From the NCBI GenBank assembly GCA_008369845.1, contig MRSU01004254.1:1-54588 (forward strand): a stretch of 54,588 nt of DNA, written 5' to 3'. The notes below the pieces were generated by a model that was not told the DNA's origin, made no database searches, and worked only from the letters and a program-made list of their open reading frames with translations. This DNA is from Trichomonas gallinae (lineage: Eukaryota). Below are positions 20,608 to 31,678 of the stretch, one piece after another (within the stretch, counting starts at the first letter, position 1; each line of letters opens with the position of its first letter). A program made the translations under genes and the position numbers.

Positions 20608-21360
20608 CAATTTTAACAGCTTGCTAATCAATTGAAAAAGAGGTAACATAATGGAAATTCATACTATATTAATTTTATATTTAATAGCTATGAGATGAAG
20701 CCAAATCAATTTAGCATATCATAGAGAAAGATTTTTTGTTTAATGATGTTTCAAATTGTTTGTGATTCAAATGTACAGCAACTAAATATACTTAATTTCG
20801 AAAGAAACACTATTAGACAAAATTCCTATGCGATGTTACAATATATATTGCACTATTAAAATAATATAGTATACTAGACAAACTAGTAGAATAATACATA
20901 ATCTGGAGAAAATGAAGATTCTCAAAAAGATAATTTAAAAATAAAAATCAACTTCGTTAAATCATTACAATATCATCACTTAATGTCTAAATAGATGATA
21001 TACTAATTAATCATCAATTAAACATATATCAAAAACTGTTTTGATATAGTAAAACTGATCAATTATTGTATATGCTAGAAAATCCATGAAAAGGCTTTAG
21101 ATAACATTTTCTGGTACAATATTTGAAATACAAAGAAGGAGAAGAATGAATTAAGGAAACTTTTGTAAAGTGTCAAATGTCATAAATTTTACTTGTCAAG
21201 AAGGAGAAAAATTGAAAAATATACGATTATTTTCGATGCAAAATGTAAATCGTCTCAAATCAAAATAGCCGTGTAATTGGTATTTAAATCATTATCAAAT
21301 GTTTTCGATTGCTCTTACACCCGTAAATAATATGATTTTTCAGAGAAAAAATCGGCATAA

Positions 21361-21384
21361 AAAGTGACTCCCGATAAAAGTGAC
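21361..21384 (+). promoter_or_regulatory. Two AAAGTGAC (M2-like) motifs
   Basis: At 21361-21368 and 21377-21384, just before ATG 21390. Confidence 0.5.
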
Positions 21385-21389
21385 AGCTG

Positions 21390-22823
21390 ATGTGCGCTGA
21401 TCCGTATTCGAATCCTATTATTAGTAAATGGGTCAACGAGAATGAGCGGATCAGTGAGCTCGTTAAATTCGAGTGTGCAGGTGACGACAAAGGCAAATTG
21501 GAGCAATATAAAGCGAACAAGGAGAAATATTTGACCAATCTTTTGTCTACGAGGAAAAACCTTGAAATAATGAAGCAACAGGTCATAGAATCAATTGCCG
21601 AGGTTACTGACGCCCCATACATGAAGCTCGGACCTGTAATATTTGATCAGCAATCCCAAAACATGGATATGAGGAAATTGGTATTCCTTAATAGAAAGAT
21701 GCAAAGTATGTCTCTCAAAACAAGTAACGAAACACTATCAAATATCATTGAAAAATGTGAAGATATCGAAAAACTCCATAAATTGCTGTCTTCCGATACA
21801 ATACCTTCAGGTATAACTATAAAAATCGACGAAACATTCTTTATGTATTCGATATCTCGAAAACAGCAAAAATTAACTTTTCGTTATTCGGCTCTTCAAA
21901 ACCATTATAAAAAACTCGAAGAGCTAACAAAAGAATACCAGATGCCAAAGTGGTACACGAACTTTCCAGGCTTTTTTCATCAAGTTTTAGCCGCATCAGT
22001 TTCGCATCTCGATGAAGCGTTGTCTTATGTGCCTCCTCTCCCATGTGAACTGCCGATATCAAGGTACTGCTTTTCAGGAATCAGCGACTATGGCGCTAAA
22101 ATTGATGAACTCTGCAAAACAATTTTTGATTGTCCGCCTCCTGACTTTTTAAAAGAGGTTTTAGACCTTGGACTTGCGCTTATACCAGAACCCGACACTT
22201 TTACAGCAGCAGAACAAAGCGTTGCTTTACTTGTATTTTTCAGGGTCATTTTCGACAGGTTGTACGAACTATATCCAAGTTTCATGTTCACTAAGACACA
22301 AAAAGAAGTTGTGAAGATGAGCGATTTATCAGATCTTCCATGCGAATTATTTTTCTTACCGAAAGATTCAGCACCAAATCACACCGAAAAACAGTCAATA
22401 CGCGAAGCTTTCCAGAAAGACTACTATTTTGGCAACGCGACAAAGTTTTTAGAGTCAACAATGTTTTGCACGAATCCCATCGATGACTTGTATGCGATTC
22501 ACAGGACTCTGCTTTGTATCAACAAGGCCGCTCTCATGCAGAGGATGAAGGAGAAGGTTGCCTCTATTAACGACATCAACCAGTTACTTTGTTTTGATGA
22601 CTTGTTCGTCTTGTTCTTGGGTTGCTATCTTTCTTCCGATTTATACGAATTCATGAGTGTCGCTGATTTTGTTTCTAGATTTTCGCCTGCTTTTTGCTTG
22701 TCGAATTCGTTCGAATATGCACAGGCGACACTAGAGTCTCTTGTAACACACATAAACAGCGTCACGCCTAACATTCTTCGAGAAAGATTCAGGAAAATGA
22801 AGGAACAAGAAACAACAAAATAA
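21390..22823 (+). CDS. VPS9-like domain protein (putative Rab5-family GEF)
   Basis: C-terminal TNPIDDLYAIHRTL..LLCFDDLFVLF..FEYAQATLESLV matches the VPS9 'P..KL / ADDLLP / YxxTxL' spacing. Confidence 0.7.
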   Translation: MCADPYSNPIISKWVNENERISELVKFECAGDDKGKLEQYKANKEKYLTNLLSTRKNLEIMKQQVIESIAEVTDAPYMKLGPVIFDQQSQNMDMRKLVFLNRKMQSMSLKTSNETLSNIIEKCEDIEKLHKLLSSDTIPSGITIKIDETFFMYSISRKQQKLTFRYSALQNHYKKLEELTKEYQMPKWYTNFPGFFHQVLAASVSHLDEALSYVPPLPCELPISRYCFSGISDYGAKIDELCKTIFDCPPPDFLKEVLDLGLALIPEPDTFTAAEQSVALLVFFRVIFDRLYELYPSFMFTKTQKEVVKMSDLSDLPCELFFLPKDSAPNHTEKQSIREAFQKDYYFGNATKFLESTMFCTNPIDDLYAIHRTLLCINKAALMQRMKEKVASINDINQLLCFDDLFVLFLGCYLSSDLYEFMSVADFVSRFSPAFCLSNSFEYAQATLESLVTHINSVTPNILRERFRKMKEQETTK

Positions 22824-22993
22824 CTTCATTACTTTCATTATATTAGTTTATAGAATTAAAATCTATCTATCTGTTTGTTTTTTTATTTTTGATTTAATTT
22901 TATTCTTACATATATACTATATTGTTCACTTACTTTAAAATCTTATATATAAGAAAGGGTCATGAAAAATTTTGCAGGGGACAAATTATAAAA

Positions 22994-23386
22994 ATGGATG
23001 ATTTCGATTTTGACTCAGAGCTGAATGCTGTTATTGCAGCTGCTGAAGCAATTGACGAAAAAGAAACCGATGATACAAGTAAAACAGATGAAAATCAAAC
23101 AATTCAAAATTCAATTCCGGAAAAATCAAATGAAATCGAACAAAATCAAGAAAATAAAGATCACAAAGAAGATATAAATGAAGAGGAAGAAGAAATACTA
23201 GAAATAAATGATCCTGATGTTCCAAAAATTGATATGCGTTCAGTAGAAAAGAAAATGGTGAATGATATTGATGAACATCTTCAAAAACTATCAAATGAGA
23301 TTGCAAATGTAATAAATGATGAAGATGCTGAAGATATTGATTTAGATGAATTAGATATTTCAGTTTCATCTCGTCCCAATCCATAA
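22994..23386 (+). CDS. Acidic low-complexity hypothetical protein (130 aa)
   Basis: AAAATG start at 22994; D/E-rich, purine-biased frame. Confidence 0.7.
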   Translation: MDDFDFDSELNAVIAAAEAIDEKETDDTSKTDENQTIQNSIPEKSNEIEQNQENKDHKEDINEEEEEILEINDPDVPKIDMRSVEKKMVNDIDEHLQKLSNEIANVINDEDAEDIDLDELDISVSSRPNP

Positions 23387-23624
23387 TTTGATGTAATAAG
23401 AATTTCTATAGATTTCCAGTCAAATGTTAGAATTCCACAAAAAACAAGAAATACAACCAAGCAATATTGATTATTGCTTGATAGACAAGCTACTAAGATA
23501 ACATATTATGTGCGAATTACAATTAATACAAATATAAATTTTGATAATAATTTGGTGAAGCGTTTAATAAATAATAGCATGGTTAAATAATACTTGATAA
23601 TAGTGAATATAATAATAAGAGATC

Positions 23625-24224
23625 TCAGATGAAATTCATATAATCATCCCTTTCGCAGACAATTTCGTTGTATTTGTATTCAAGGAACTCCTCATGCTTT
23701 CTGAGGATTTCTTTCTTCTCGTTTGCAACGGCTTGAACTTCTTTGTCTTCGATTCGATTTTGAATTTCAATTTTTGATTTTTCTTCATTGAGTCTTTTGT
23801 TTTCAGCTTTGAGTTTACGAGTCCTTTCCTTTTCAGCCCTTAATGACTTCTGTAATTGAGCGATTTCTGCTCGTGCGTTTATTATTTGCAGTTCAACTTG
23901 ATGAAGCTCGAGCCTCTTCTTGATGATCTGCTGCTTTGGGTCAACTTCTTCTTTTATGAGTCTTTTTTCCGAAATTGGAATTTTTGAATTTTGAGCTGTT
24001 GGAGTTTTTGATCTTCTATGCTTTGAAAATATCAAGAAGGACTCCTCATTTTTGATATTAGTAGACGATTTCTGGCAAATAGGTGACTTTGACCTTGGAA
24101 GAGATTTTGATTTGTCTTCTATTTGTCTGTTTTCGTGGGAAATGTTCTCAATACCTCTGTATGTGTTTGCTTTTCTATGATTTGCCTTCGAAACGCTCGC
24201 AAAAACTTCCTGAAAGATGTTCAT
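23625..24224 (-). CDS. Coiled-coil hypothetical protein
   Basis: First ATG at 24224; RSKSP/RSKTP basic N-terminal half and heptad-rich C-terminal half. Confidence 0.8.
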   Translation of the reverse strand: MNIFQEVFASVSKANHRKANTYRGIENISHENRQIEDKSKSLPRSKSPICQKSSTNIKNEESFLIFSKHRRSKTPTAQNSKIPISEKRLIKEEVDPKQQIIKKRLELHQVELQIINARAEIAQLQKSLRAEKERTRKLKAENKRLNEEKSKIEIQNRIEDKEVQAVANEKKEILRKHEEFLEYKYNEIVCERDDYMNFI

Positions 24225-24870
24225 CGAAATATTAAATAAATAATAAACGTGCACTTTATGTTTTTCTTTGATTTCACTCGAAAATATAACGAAAACTGCT
24301 GAATTTTATCTGCTCATTGCATCTATACAATAGTTATATATATATATTTCACATGAAGTTAGTCATTTATATTTACTATTTTCTATATCTTCGAACGTAA
24401 TTTCATCAATTAATCCAGTTTTTGATCGATTCAATGAATATCTCATCATAACATATCATTGATAAGTTATATTTCTAATGATGTTAACTTCTTCATTAAA
24501 TTATTGTTGAACAATTTTTTTATTTTGTTATCAACCATAATCAATATCATTTATCAATTATAATCAACAATGTAAAACTATGTGATATTATATTTAGCCT
24601 TCATTTGGTTTTTGAAAAATTGAAAATTATATTATTAAGTTGTTGCGCGTATCATATCAATATCGTTATTTTGGTATGATAAATATCTGTTTTATCAAAT
24701 AGAAATAGATGAATTTCGAGTTAGTTAATGAATAATTTTTGATTTTAGTTATGTGATTGATTTTTGATCAAACATTCAATGTAAAAAGTGATTTACTATA
24801 TCAGTGGATATAGATTTCGTGGTTTTCGAACAAAACAGAAAATTTTTTATCGTCAAACGATTTTGAAAAA

Positions 24871-25743
24871 ATGAAAAATCGGAATCAGCCGAATAATAAT
24901 CAAAATGTTACGCAAGAGGTTCCTATTCGTCTGAGGATGATTCCGCCCCAACTATTGCAAAACTGTACAAACGTGAAACCAGAAAAATACAAATTCAATA
25001 ATTCTAATCTCACCGAAATACAGTCAAAAATCAAGGCAAATCCACCTTATGATGCAGAGAAAACTAAGTCAATCATGGAAACACTTGCAGAACTACAAAA
25101 AACGGCTTTGACTATTTCAAAATCGGAATATGGCAACATTCCTTTAGCAATAAACATTCCACAGCCACCAAAATCGGCTAAGGTCAACAATTTTGTTAAA
25201 ATTAATTCAGATTTGGTTGAAATTGCAAATAAACTCTGCAAATTTGATGCAAAACAAAGCTACAAAGGTTCATTACAAGTCAAACCTAAGTTTGTAGAGC
25301 GTGCACCGCTTCCATCTGCGAAAGATAAGAAGTTCAAGAAATCTGCAAAATCAAGCAGCGCGTCAAGAGCCTCTAAGAACGGAAATACATCAAATATCAA
25401 ACCACCCACAGGTGCAAAGCCTAATTCAGCTGAGCCCGAGGCATACAGCTTCAAAGAAGTTTCTGCAAATACAAATGTTGGCCCACAGCCAAATGTTCAA
25501 GTCAAACTTCAGAATAAATCATTACTTAAGATACCACCAAATCCGCCGATACCAGATCCAGCAAAAGGAACTTGTCCTTTTGCTTCTATGTTCGATAGTG
25601 AACTTCCTCACACTCCTCTTAAAGGTTTGAAGTGCCCTGTACCAAGCCAGTTCAAGAGCAACCTAGAAAGTTATATTACTCCAACTGCAATTAATATTGG
25701 AAAATTCACCAACGGGTCTTCTAAATCTAAGAAGAAGAAATGA
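24871..25743 (+). CDS. Hypothetical Pro/Lys/Ser-rich protein with a basic C-terminus
   Basis: 290-aa ORF with AAAATG start; ends SKSKKKK. Confidence 0.8.
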   Translation: MKNRNQPNNNQNVTQEVPIRLRMIPPQLLQNCTNVKPEKYKFNNSNLTEIQSKIKANPPYDAEKTKSIMETLAELQKTALTISKSEYGNIPLAINIPQPPKSAKVNNFVKINSDLVEIANKLCKFDAKQSYKGSLQVKPKFVERAPLPSAKDKKFKKSAKSSSASRASKNGNTSNIKPPTGAKPNSAEPEAYSFKEVSANTNVGPQPNVQVKLQNKSLLKIPPNPPIPDPAKGTCPFASMFDSELPHTPLKGLKCPVPSQFKSNLESYITPTAINIGKFTNGSSKSKKKK

Positions 25744-26194
25744 TGAGAAATGTTTTTTCTTTATATATTTTTGTTGTTATTCATAAAAAAAAATCAAATT
25801 TTATTTTCATTTTTTTTTATCATGTAACAAATGTATATACTAAGCATTTCCAACTTGCTAATTGTTTATTATTAGAACAACGAAATGCTCCATTTTCAAT
25901 AACAATGTTATTAAATAAGTTATTTTGTTCCATAATTTGCAGGAGGGAGCATCATATTGAAAGAAATGGAAGATTTCCGTTGTATAGATATAGAATTATT
26001 GTCCAAAACTAATGATAATTTTCCATATTTGCTATTATCAAAAAGACAATGACTGTGCATTGCAGTATATGCAAATCATTTAGAATTGTTCGCTGATAAT
26101 GAATGAATTTAATAAAATATAATTCAAAAAGAAACGAATAATTTTAAGATATGAAATATGGGATTGATCTCAATGCACATTTGGAATTTTTACT

Positions 26195-26692
26195 TTATTT
26201 TCCGTATTTTTTAGCTGGATCCATAATAGCAATGAATTCTGCCTCGCTGATCATTCCGTCCTTATCAGAATCGAAACGATCGATCATTTCCTGTAACTCG
26301 GCTTCTGTCATTTCCTCGCCAAGCTCCTTAGCGATTCTTCTGAGATCTTTAATCTTGATATGTTCATGATCCTGGCTAAAGAGGAGGAATAACCTCTTAA
26401 TATGCTTAAGTGGATCACGCTTAGCAATAAGATTGGCGCAAACCTGGAAGAAATCTTTCTTTTCGAGAACATGTTTGCCCTTTGTATCATATGTCTTCAT
26501 AATTTCCTCGATCTCCTTGTCGATGACGCTGAATCCCATAGCGCGGAAAGCAGTCTGTAATTCCTTCTCATCGATTGTGCCGCTCTGATCTGCGTCGAAA
26601 ATATTGAAGGCTTCTTCGATTTCGATGTACTGATCCTTAGTAATGCCGAGGGATGTAGCTGATGCGCGAGAACGATGGCGGTGCTCAGACAT
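26195..26692 (-). CDS. Centrin (EF-hand protein)
   Basis: [66 protein letters not shown]2 and EF3 loops are degenerate. Confidence 0.93.
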   Translation of the reverse strand: MSEHRHRSRASATSLGITKDQYIEIEEAFNIFDADQSGTIDEKELQTAFRAMGFSVIDKEIEEIMKTYDTKGKHVLEKKDFFQVCANLIAKRDPLKHIKRLFLLFSQDHEHIKIKDLRRIAKELGEEMTEAELQEMIDRFDSDKDGMISEAEFIAIMDPAKKYGK

Positions 26693-26929
26693 GTTTAACG
26701 CTGAAAAAAAATTAATATCGTCCTTTGTAAATGTTTAACGCCTTTTGTCAGTTATTAAACTCTTTACAAATCGTAAACTGAAATCCGTCATGTAAAGTGA
26801 TTTCTGACAATTGTCAAACTTTTTCTGAATGCTATGACAGTTGTCAAATATTTTCTGACAACCGTTAAAAATCTTCTTTCCTTAAATTCATTATAAATCC
26901 TCCATTCTTTATTTCCATTCTCATTCTTT

Positions 26930-27106
26930 ACCTCCAATTTATTGTATTTTATCTTCCAATCTATCAATTTATTAAATATTTCAATTTTCAAATTTTCATT
27001 AGATTCGCTTCTTTAATTACTTTCTTTTTATTTCCTCCAATTTATTATATATTATCTTCAAATCTATCAATTATTGAAATGTTTCAATATCCAAATTTTT
27101 TCATTA
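26930..27106. repeat. Two ~70-75 bp imperfect direct repeats about 103 bp apart
   Basis: CCTCCAATTTATT(G/A)TAT..TATCTTC(C/A)AATCTATCAATT..TTTCAAT..CAAATTTT..CATT at ~26931 and ~27034. Confidence 0.75.
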
Positions 27107-27655
27107 TCGTTTGCATGCAAATTTAATACTGCATATAGATTGTAAAATGTTTTTAGTGATGATTTGTATATATCTAAATATGTATATAGTTCTTGTTATT
27201 GCATTTCAAATTGAATTGCATATTTTTTTCGATGTAAACCAATAATGAACATCATATTAATACTATTTATTGACAATTATTGATTGGCTTTGAGATAAAA
27301 ATCGAAAAATGAAACCAAAATTAGTGTATTGCATGGTAAATGTTTAATATAGAAAGTGCTTTCCAAGGTTTTGAAGCATTATATGGATAAACTAAGATAT
27401 TACTAAATTGAGCAATAACAATATCAAATATAAACAAGAAAGTGGCGTAAAAAGTATTCTGTGACGTAAGAATATGTAAGTGGTACACAAGATATGGATG
27501 AGTTCCTATTTCAAAAAAATTGTAATACATTTCTTAGTGTTTCCCATCGCTTCAGAAAATTTGGTAAGCAGGTTAACAAACAATATTATGATAATGATCA
27601 TTGTTTTGATTGTTCAATTAGAATTCATCGAGTTGCTAGATTGAAATATGTTATC

Positions 27656-27886
27656 TTAAAGCAATAAGCAGCAGGATGATTTCGCTTCTTTTTTCTCTTC
27701 CTCTTCTGTTGGCTTTAATATAGTAGTAGCTGTTTTGTGTCCTTCGGTTTCGGTCATTGATAATCTCGAACGGTCTTCTGAGTTAAAATTCGTAACCGAT
27801 GTCTGCGAGCCATCTGGAAAATGGAGAGATGGGATGTAAACATGCTTCGATGTTGATGTATATTCAATGGTTGAGTCATCAGACAT
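27656..27886 (-). CDS. 76-aa microprotein with a C-terminal CCLLL (CaaX) motif
   Basis: AAAATG start; Ser/Thr-rich body; ends EEEEKKEAKSSCCLLL*. Confidence 0.8.
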   Translation of the reverse strand: MSDDSTIEYTSTSKHVYIPSLHFPDGSQTSVTNFNSEDRSRLSMTETEGHKTATTILKPTEEEEKKEAKSSCCLLL

Positions 27887-28326
27887 TTTCCGAAAAAAAA
27901 AATAATTTGAATAAAAAGTGCCAATATCTTGTTTTTATCGTTTCAATATTATAATAAATCAGATTTTGTTATATATAACAAAATATTATCCAAATTTGTC
28001 AATGTCTTTGCCCCTAACGTTTTTTTTTTTTGACATGTAAACTCACTTCTAACTCCTATACTTCAACCATTGATATTATGGCTAATCACTCATATAACTG
28101 ATATATCTATCATACAATATATTATATCATGATGTGCAAAATGGTATTATGTTTGAATTTCAAAAAATTAATAATTTCGGATCGAATAACAATTTTAAAT
28201 ATCGAAGATTTCTATTGTCCAGTAATCAATTTATTACTGGGTTAATTTATTTTTTTCGAAAATATGAAATTAATAAATTCAAACAAATATAATTAAATAA
28301 AAAGTAATCTAAATTGTTACAATACT

Positions 28327-29079
28327 TCAAGCTGAGCGAAGCAGTGGCTGGCCATCTTGTTCGTTTGGAGCAAATCCCTTTGTCTTGAAAACGTATACTT
28401 GCCATATAATAACACCAATAATAACTACCACAGCACAAACTACCATCATAACCTGGAAGTAGTTAACAGTTTTACGGAAATTATAAATTTTGAATTGAAT
28501 ATCTTGAGTTGACCAGCTTCCATTATCGTATGATAGGTATATTTGGAATATATCGGTTATTTTTGTTGATTTAATTTCCGGAACTGTGCATTGTGCTAAA
28601 TTTTGTGTAATAATTTTTCCTGTTGTTACTGTATTGTTAAACTTGCAATATATAGCATCAGCTGTAAAGTTTGAAAGTGACTTAAGAGAAATGTTGATTG
28701 TTGTTAATTGTTTTCCTGATGTTGGGAAATAAGATTCAGCAAATGGAATTGCGCGTCTGCAGCCACGGAATCCTATATGATAGTAACCAGGTAAACATCT
28801 GCAAACACCTGGATACTCACATTTCATTCCTTCACCACAAGAAGGCATGCAAATCCAGCATCCACGTTCAGATATCGGATCATCATGGAAATATCCATCA
28901 TTGCAAATACATTTTCCATCATCAGTAAGTTTTCTTGATGGACCGTGACAATCTGGCGACTGGCGGACGTTTGAGAATATTCTAGTGTCATAACCTTTCA
29001 CCATGGAATCCTTTGGGTTGCTGTTGAGCGCGTTTGTAACGTTTTCACACGCAATATTTGATACGAAATAAAACAGCAT
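28327..29079 (-). CDS. Type I membrane protein: EGF-like Cys modules, IPT/TIG domain, TM and dileucine tail
   Basis: CICNDGY..CWICMPSC..CEYPGVCRCLPGY; FPTSG..YCKF..CTVP..LSYDNGSWS (TIG); TM VMMVVCAVVVIIGVIIW; tail DGQPLL. AAAGTGAC lies upstream on the minus strand (29117-29124). Confidence 0.85.
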   Translation of the reverse strand: MLFYFVSNIACENVTNALNSNPKDSMVKGYDTRIFSNVRQSPDCHGPSRKLTDDGKCICNDGYFHDDPISERGCWICMPSCGEGMKCEYPGVCRCLPGYYHIGFRGCRRAIPFAESYFPTSGKQLTTINISLKSLSNFTADAIYCKFNNTVTTGKIITQNLAQCTVPEIKSTKITDIFQIYLSYDNGSWSTQDIQFKIYNFRKTVNYFQVMMVVCAVVVIIGVIIWQVYVFKTKGFAPNEQDGQPLLRSA

Positions 29080-29358
29080 TAAAATGTCACCTTTTAACCT
29101 TATCGGTAAAAATTTAGTCACTTTTTATCATGTGCTCAAATATAGAATATTTACATTGTATACATTATAAATAATAAAAAATTTTATTAAAACTAATTCA
29201 ATTTCTTTTGAAGATTCTTGATTTGTAAGGTTGTACTTATATATCAATTAGCTTTCAAACATGTGAATGAGATAATTAAAGAATTATGCTTGTATTGCTT
29301 ATATTTTCGATTGATAAATACTTTTTATAATTCTTGATATTATTTACCATGTTTCTTA

Positions 29359-30399
29359 TTATGAGTATTGTTCAGTGTTAAAAAAGATATATAATTTGCT
29401 AGCCGCCTCAAATTGACACAAATATCCAGAAAAATCATTTGAGCATTTGTTTATGTGCAGTGTTTCCTCTACTGGAACTACATAGTTGAATCCAAATTCA
29501 ATATCTGCAGAACACAACCAAGTTCTTAAGTGCGGCAAAAGTAAATCAATTGATGATGTTTGCATATTTTTAATTTTATTTTTTTGATAATTATCATGTG
29601 TATTTTTGCAATAGCAATTAATTAGAGTTGTCATTGTTGGAGAGCTAAATAGATATGGCGCAGTATTGTTTTTGATAACTGAATTTTTAATCAGAATTGG
29701 CTCGCCGTGTAGTATACTTTCACTAGCTTCATTATTCAATATATTCAAATAATATAAAAAGTACGCTACTGGACGATTTCTCTCATATCTCGTTAAATAA
29801 TATTCCATAGCAAATTGACTGCATGCAGAGTTATTAAAACACGTTGAATAATTTGTTGTTCCTGCATCAGAACCTTGTATTCTAAAGCAACAGCATGTTA
29901 TACACACATTATTTGAAATATTTAATCCTTTTGCATTAATTTCACCATACAACAGCATGACAGTAGTAACTCCTAATCCATATCTGCCACAATCTGCAAT
30001 TGTAGAATCAATTAAATAGTTTTTGAAAAGAGGAGATTTAGATTTATTGACTTCAGTATGTCCATGACCCCCAGTCCAATACTTTGAAGTTACCGCTGTT
30101 TTAACTGTGCAAATTTTAGATTGAACACATTGTCCTTTAGATACATAATGAATGCAAGGAGATCCATGTTTTTCTGGAAGTATGATATTATTGAAAAAAG
30201 TATTTTCAAGTAGTAATTTAGTTGTTCCTTTTGTAGTATTTACTGAAATTGCTGTATCATGCAAATCAATAAACTTTGTTTCATGAATGTAAAATTCTCC
30301 ATCAGTAAGTGGATGTTTGCCATCATTTTCTGTACCTCTACCTTCATAGAAAGCCTACCATTCATGATTTATTCTATAACATGGTGATTTAAATATCAT
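29359..30399 (-). pseudogene. Full-length paralog of the 2490-3527 family with a single in-frame TAG at codon 15
   Basis: MIFKSPCYRINHEW*AFYEGRG..FYIHETKF..KLLLENTFF..GQCVQSKIC..FKNYL..TWLC. TAG at 30355-30357; the frame is otherwise open for 347 codons. Confidence 0.8.
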
Positions 30400-31661
30400 T
30401 CATAAAATAAATCTTTAATATCACGTGAACTCTTTGTGATTACAATATATCATGTTTAGCATAACTTACGAATGCTTGCAATTCATATTAAAAGCATTGC
30501 AAGCTTTCATAAGTCAATGTTTTCCGCAAAGATTTTATTTGTGAATCGATTTGTCATTTTTTATGTAATGACAAAATATTGCTAATCAAGTCAACTATAA
30601 AAGAATTCAGCTTAAAAACGACGAAGTTCACAAATCAGAGATTATTTGACATTCTGACGCGATTGTAAAGTTTATTTGTCAAAATTAAATTTATTTGTCA
30701 GATGCGTTTTTTTCAGTCAAATTTGACAACTTTGTAAAGTATATTTGTCAAATTCGATGAAGTTATGTATGAGATTTGTTTGTAATATCAAGAGTGATTG
30801 TAATTTTACGTCAATATGCTATAGTATCGTATGCATGGTTGTGAAGCTTGAACTACAGCAATATCATTGTTATTGTGCATATTGCACTTTTCTCCTTTAA
30901 TTATATGAAATAAGGAAAGAAAAGAATCATATTAATTTTTGAACTATGATTATTTTCTAGTTTCTTAGTGGGTTCGCTCTTCAATAAAATTGAGCATTGC
31001 TTGATGCGAACAATTTATAAAATCTCCATTTCCATTGCATCCAGATACATCTTTATTCCTAATATCCGAACTCATTTTCAATGAGTATGGCTTCTATTAA
31101 ATGACCATCTATCAACATTACTGCATAATTGACCAAAACTATAACAGGCATGTTATATGCATTAAAGCTAATATGTTTATCATATTGATAATCGATCACA
31201 TGAACTATCACAATCCAGAAAATTTTCTTTGAAAAAACAACAACTATCGTTCGAAATGAAAAATGCAAAATAGGACTTAATTTTATATTACGGGCAATGT
31301 TTGATTCAAAAAAAGTGATGTTTTTCAATTCTCAACGTGCTCAAAATATAATCAACATATAATATCACATATATTCATATTTTCATTATGGTTGATCAAA
31401 AAACTATTTTACAAAATAAACCCATTTTGCTCATCTATAGATACATGATATTAATATTAATTTTTATGAAAAAGTATTCAAAAGTTATGTTTATAGAATG
31501 TGTTATACACTCTAAAATATAAAGATTTCGAATGAAACAACAGTGTAAACTATTGAATAGATATTTTCAATATTTTTCGGTTTTATTCAAATGTTTGTTG
31601 AAAATAATTAAACAAAAACGCTAAACCCATCTAAACAATAATTTTCAAGAAATTACATAAA

Positions 31662-31669
31662 AACCGCTT
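31662..31669 (+). promoter_or_regulatory. AACCGCTT, M3-like (Myb-type) core promoter element
   Basis: Fits DRCSGYTD, 9 nt upstream of the Piezo ATG. Confidence 0.45.
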
Positions 31670-31678
31670 TTTAAAACA

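Noticed and set aside
23387..23590. Nearly open frame continuing after the acidic protein's stop
   Set aside because: Composition changes abruptly, a further TGA interrupts it, and no homology is evident.
30840..31330. Minus-strand 89-aa ORF and possible fourth family relic
   Set aside because: TTG start and no alignable family blocks.
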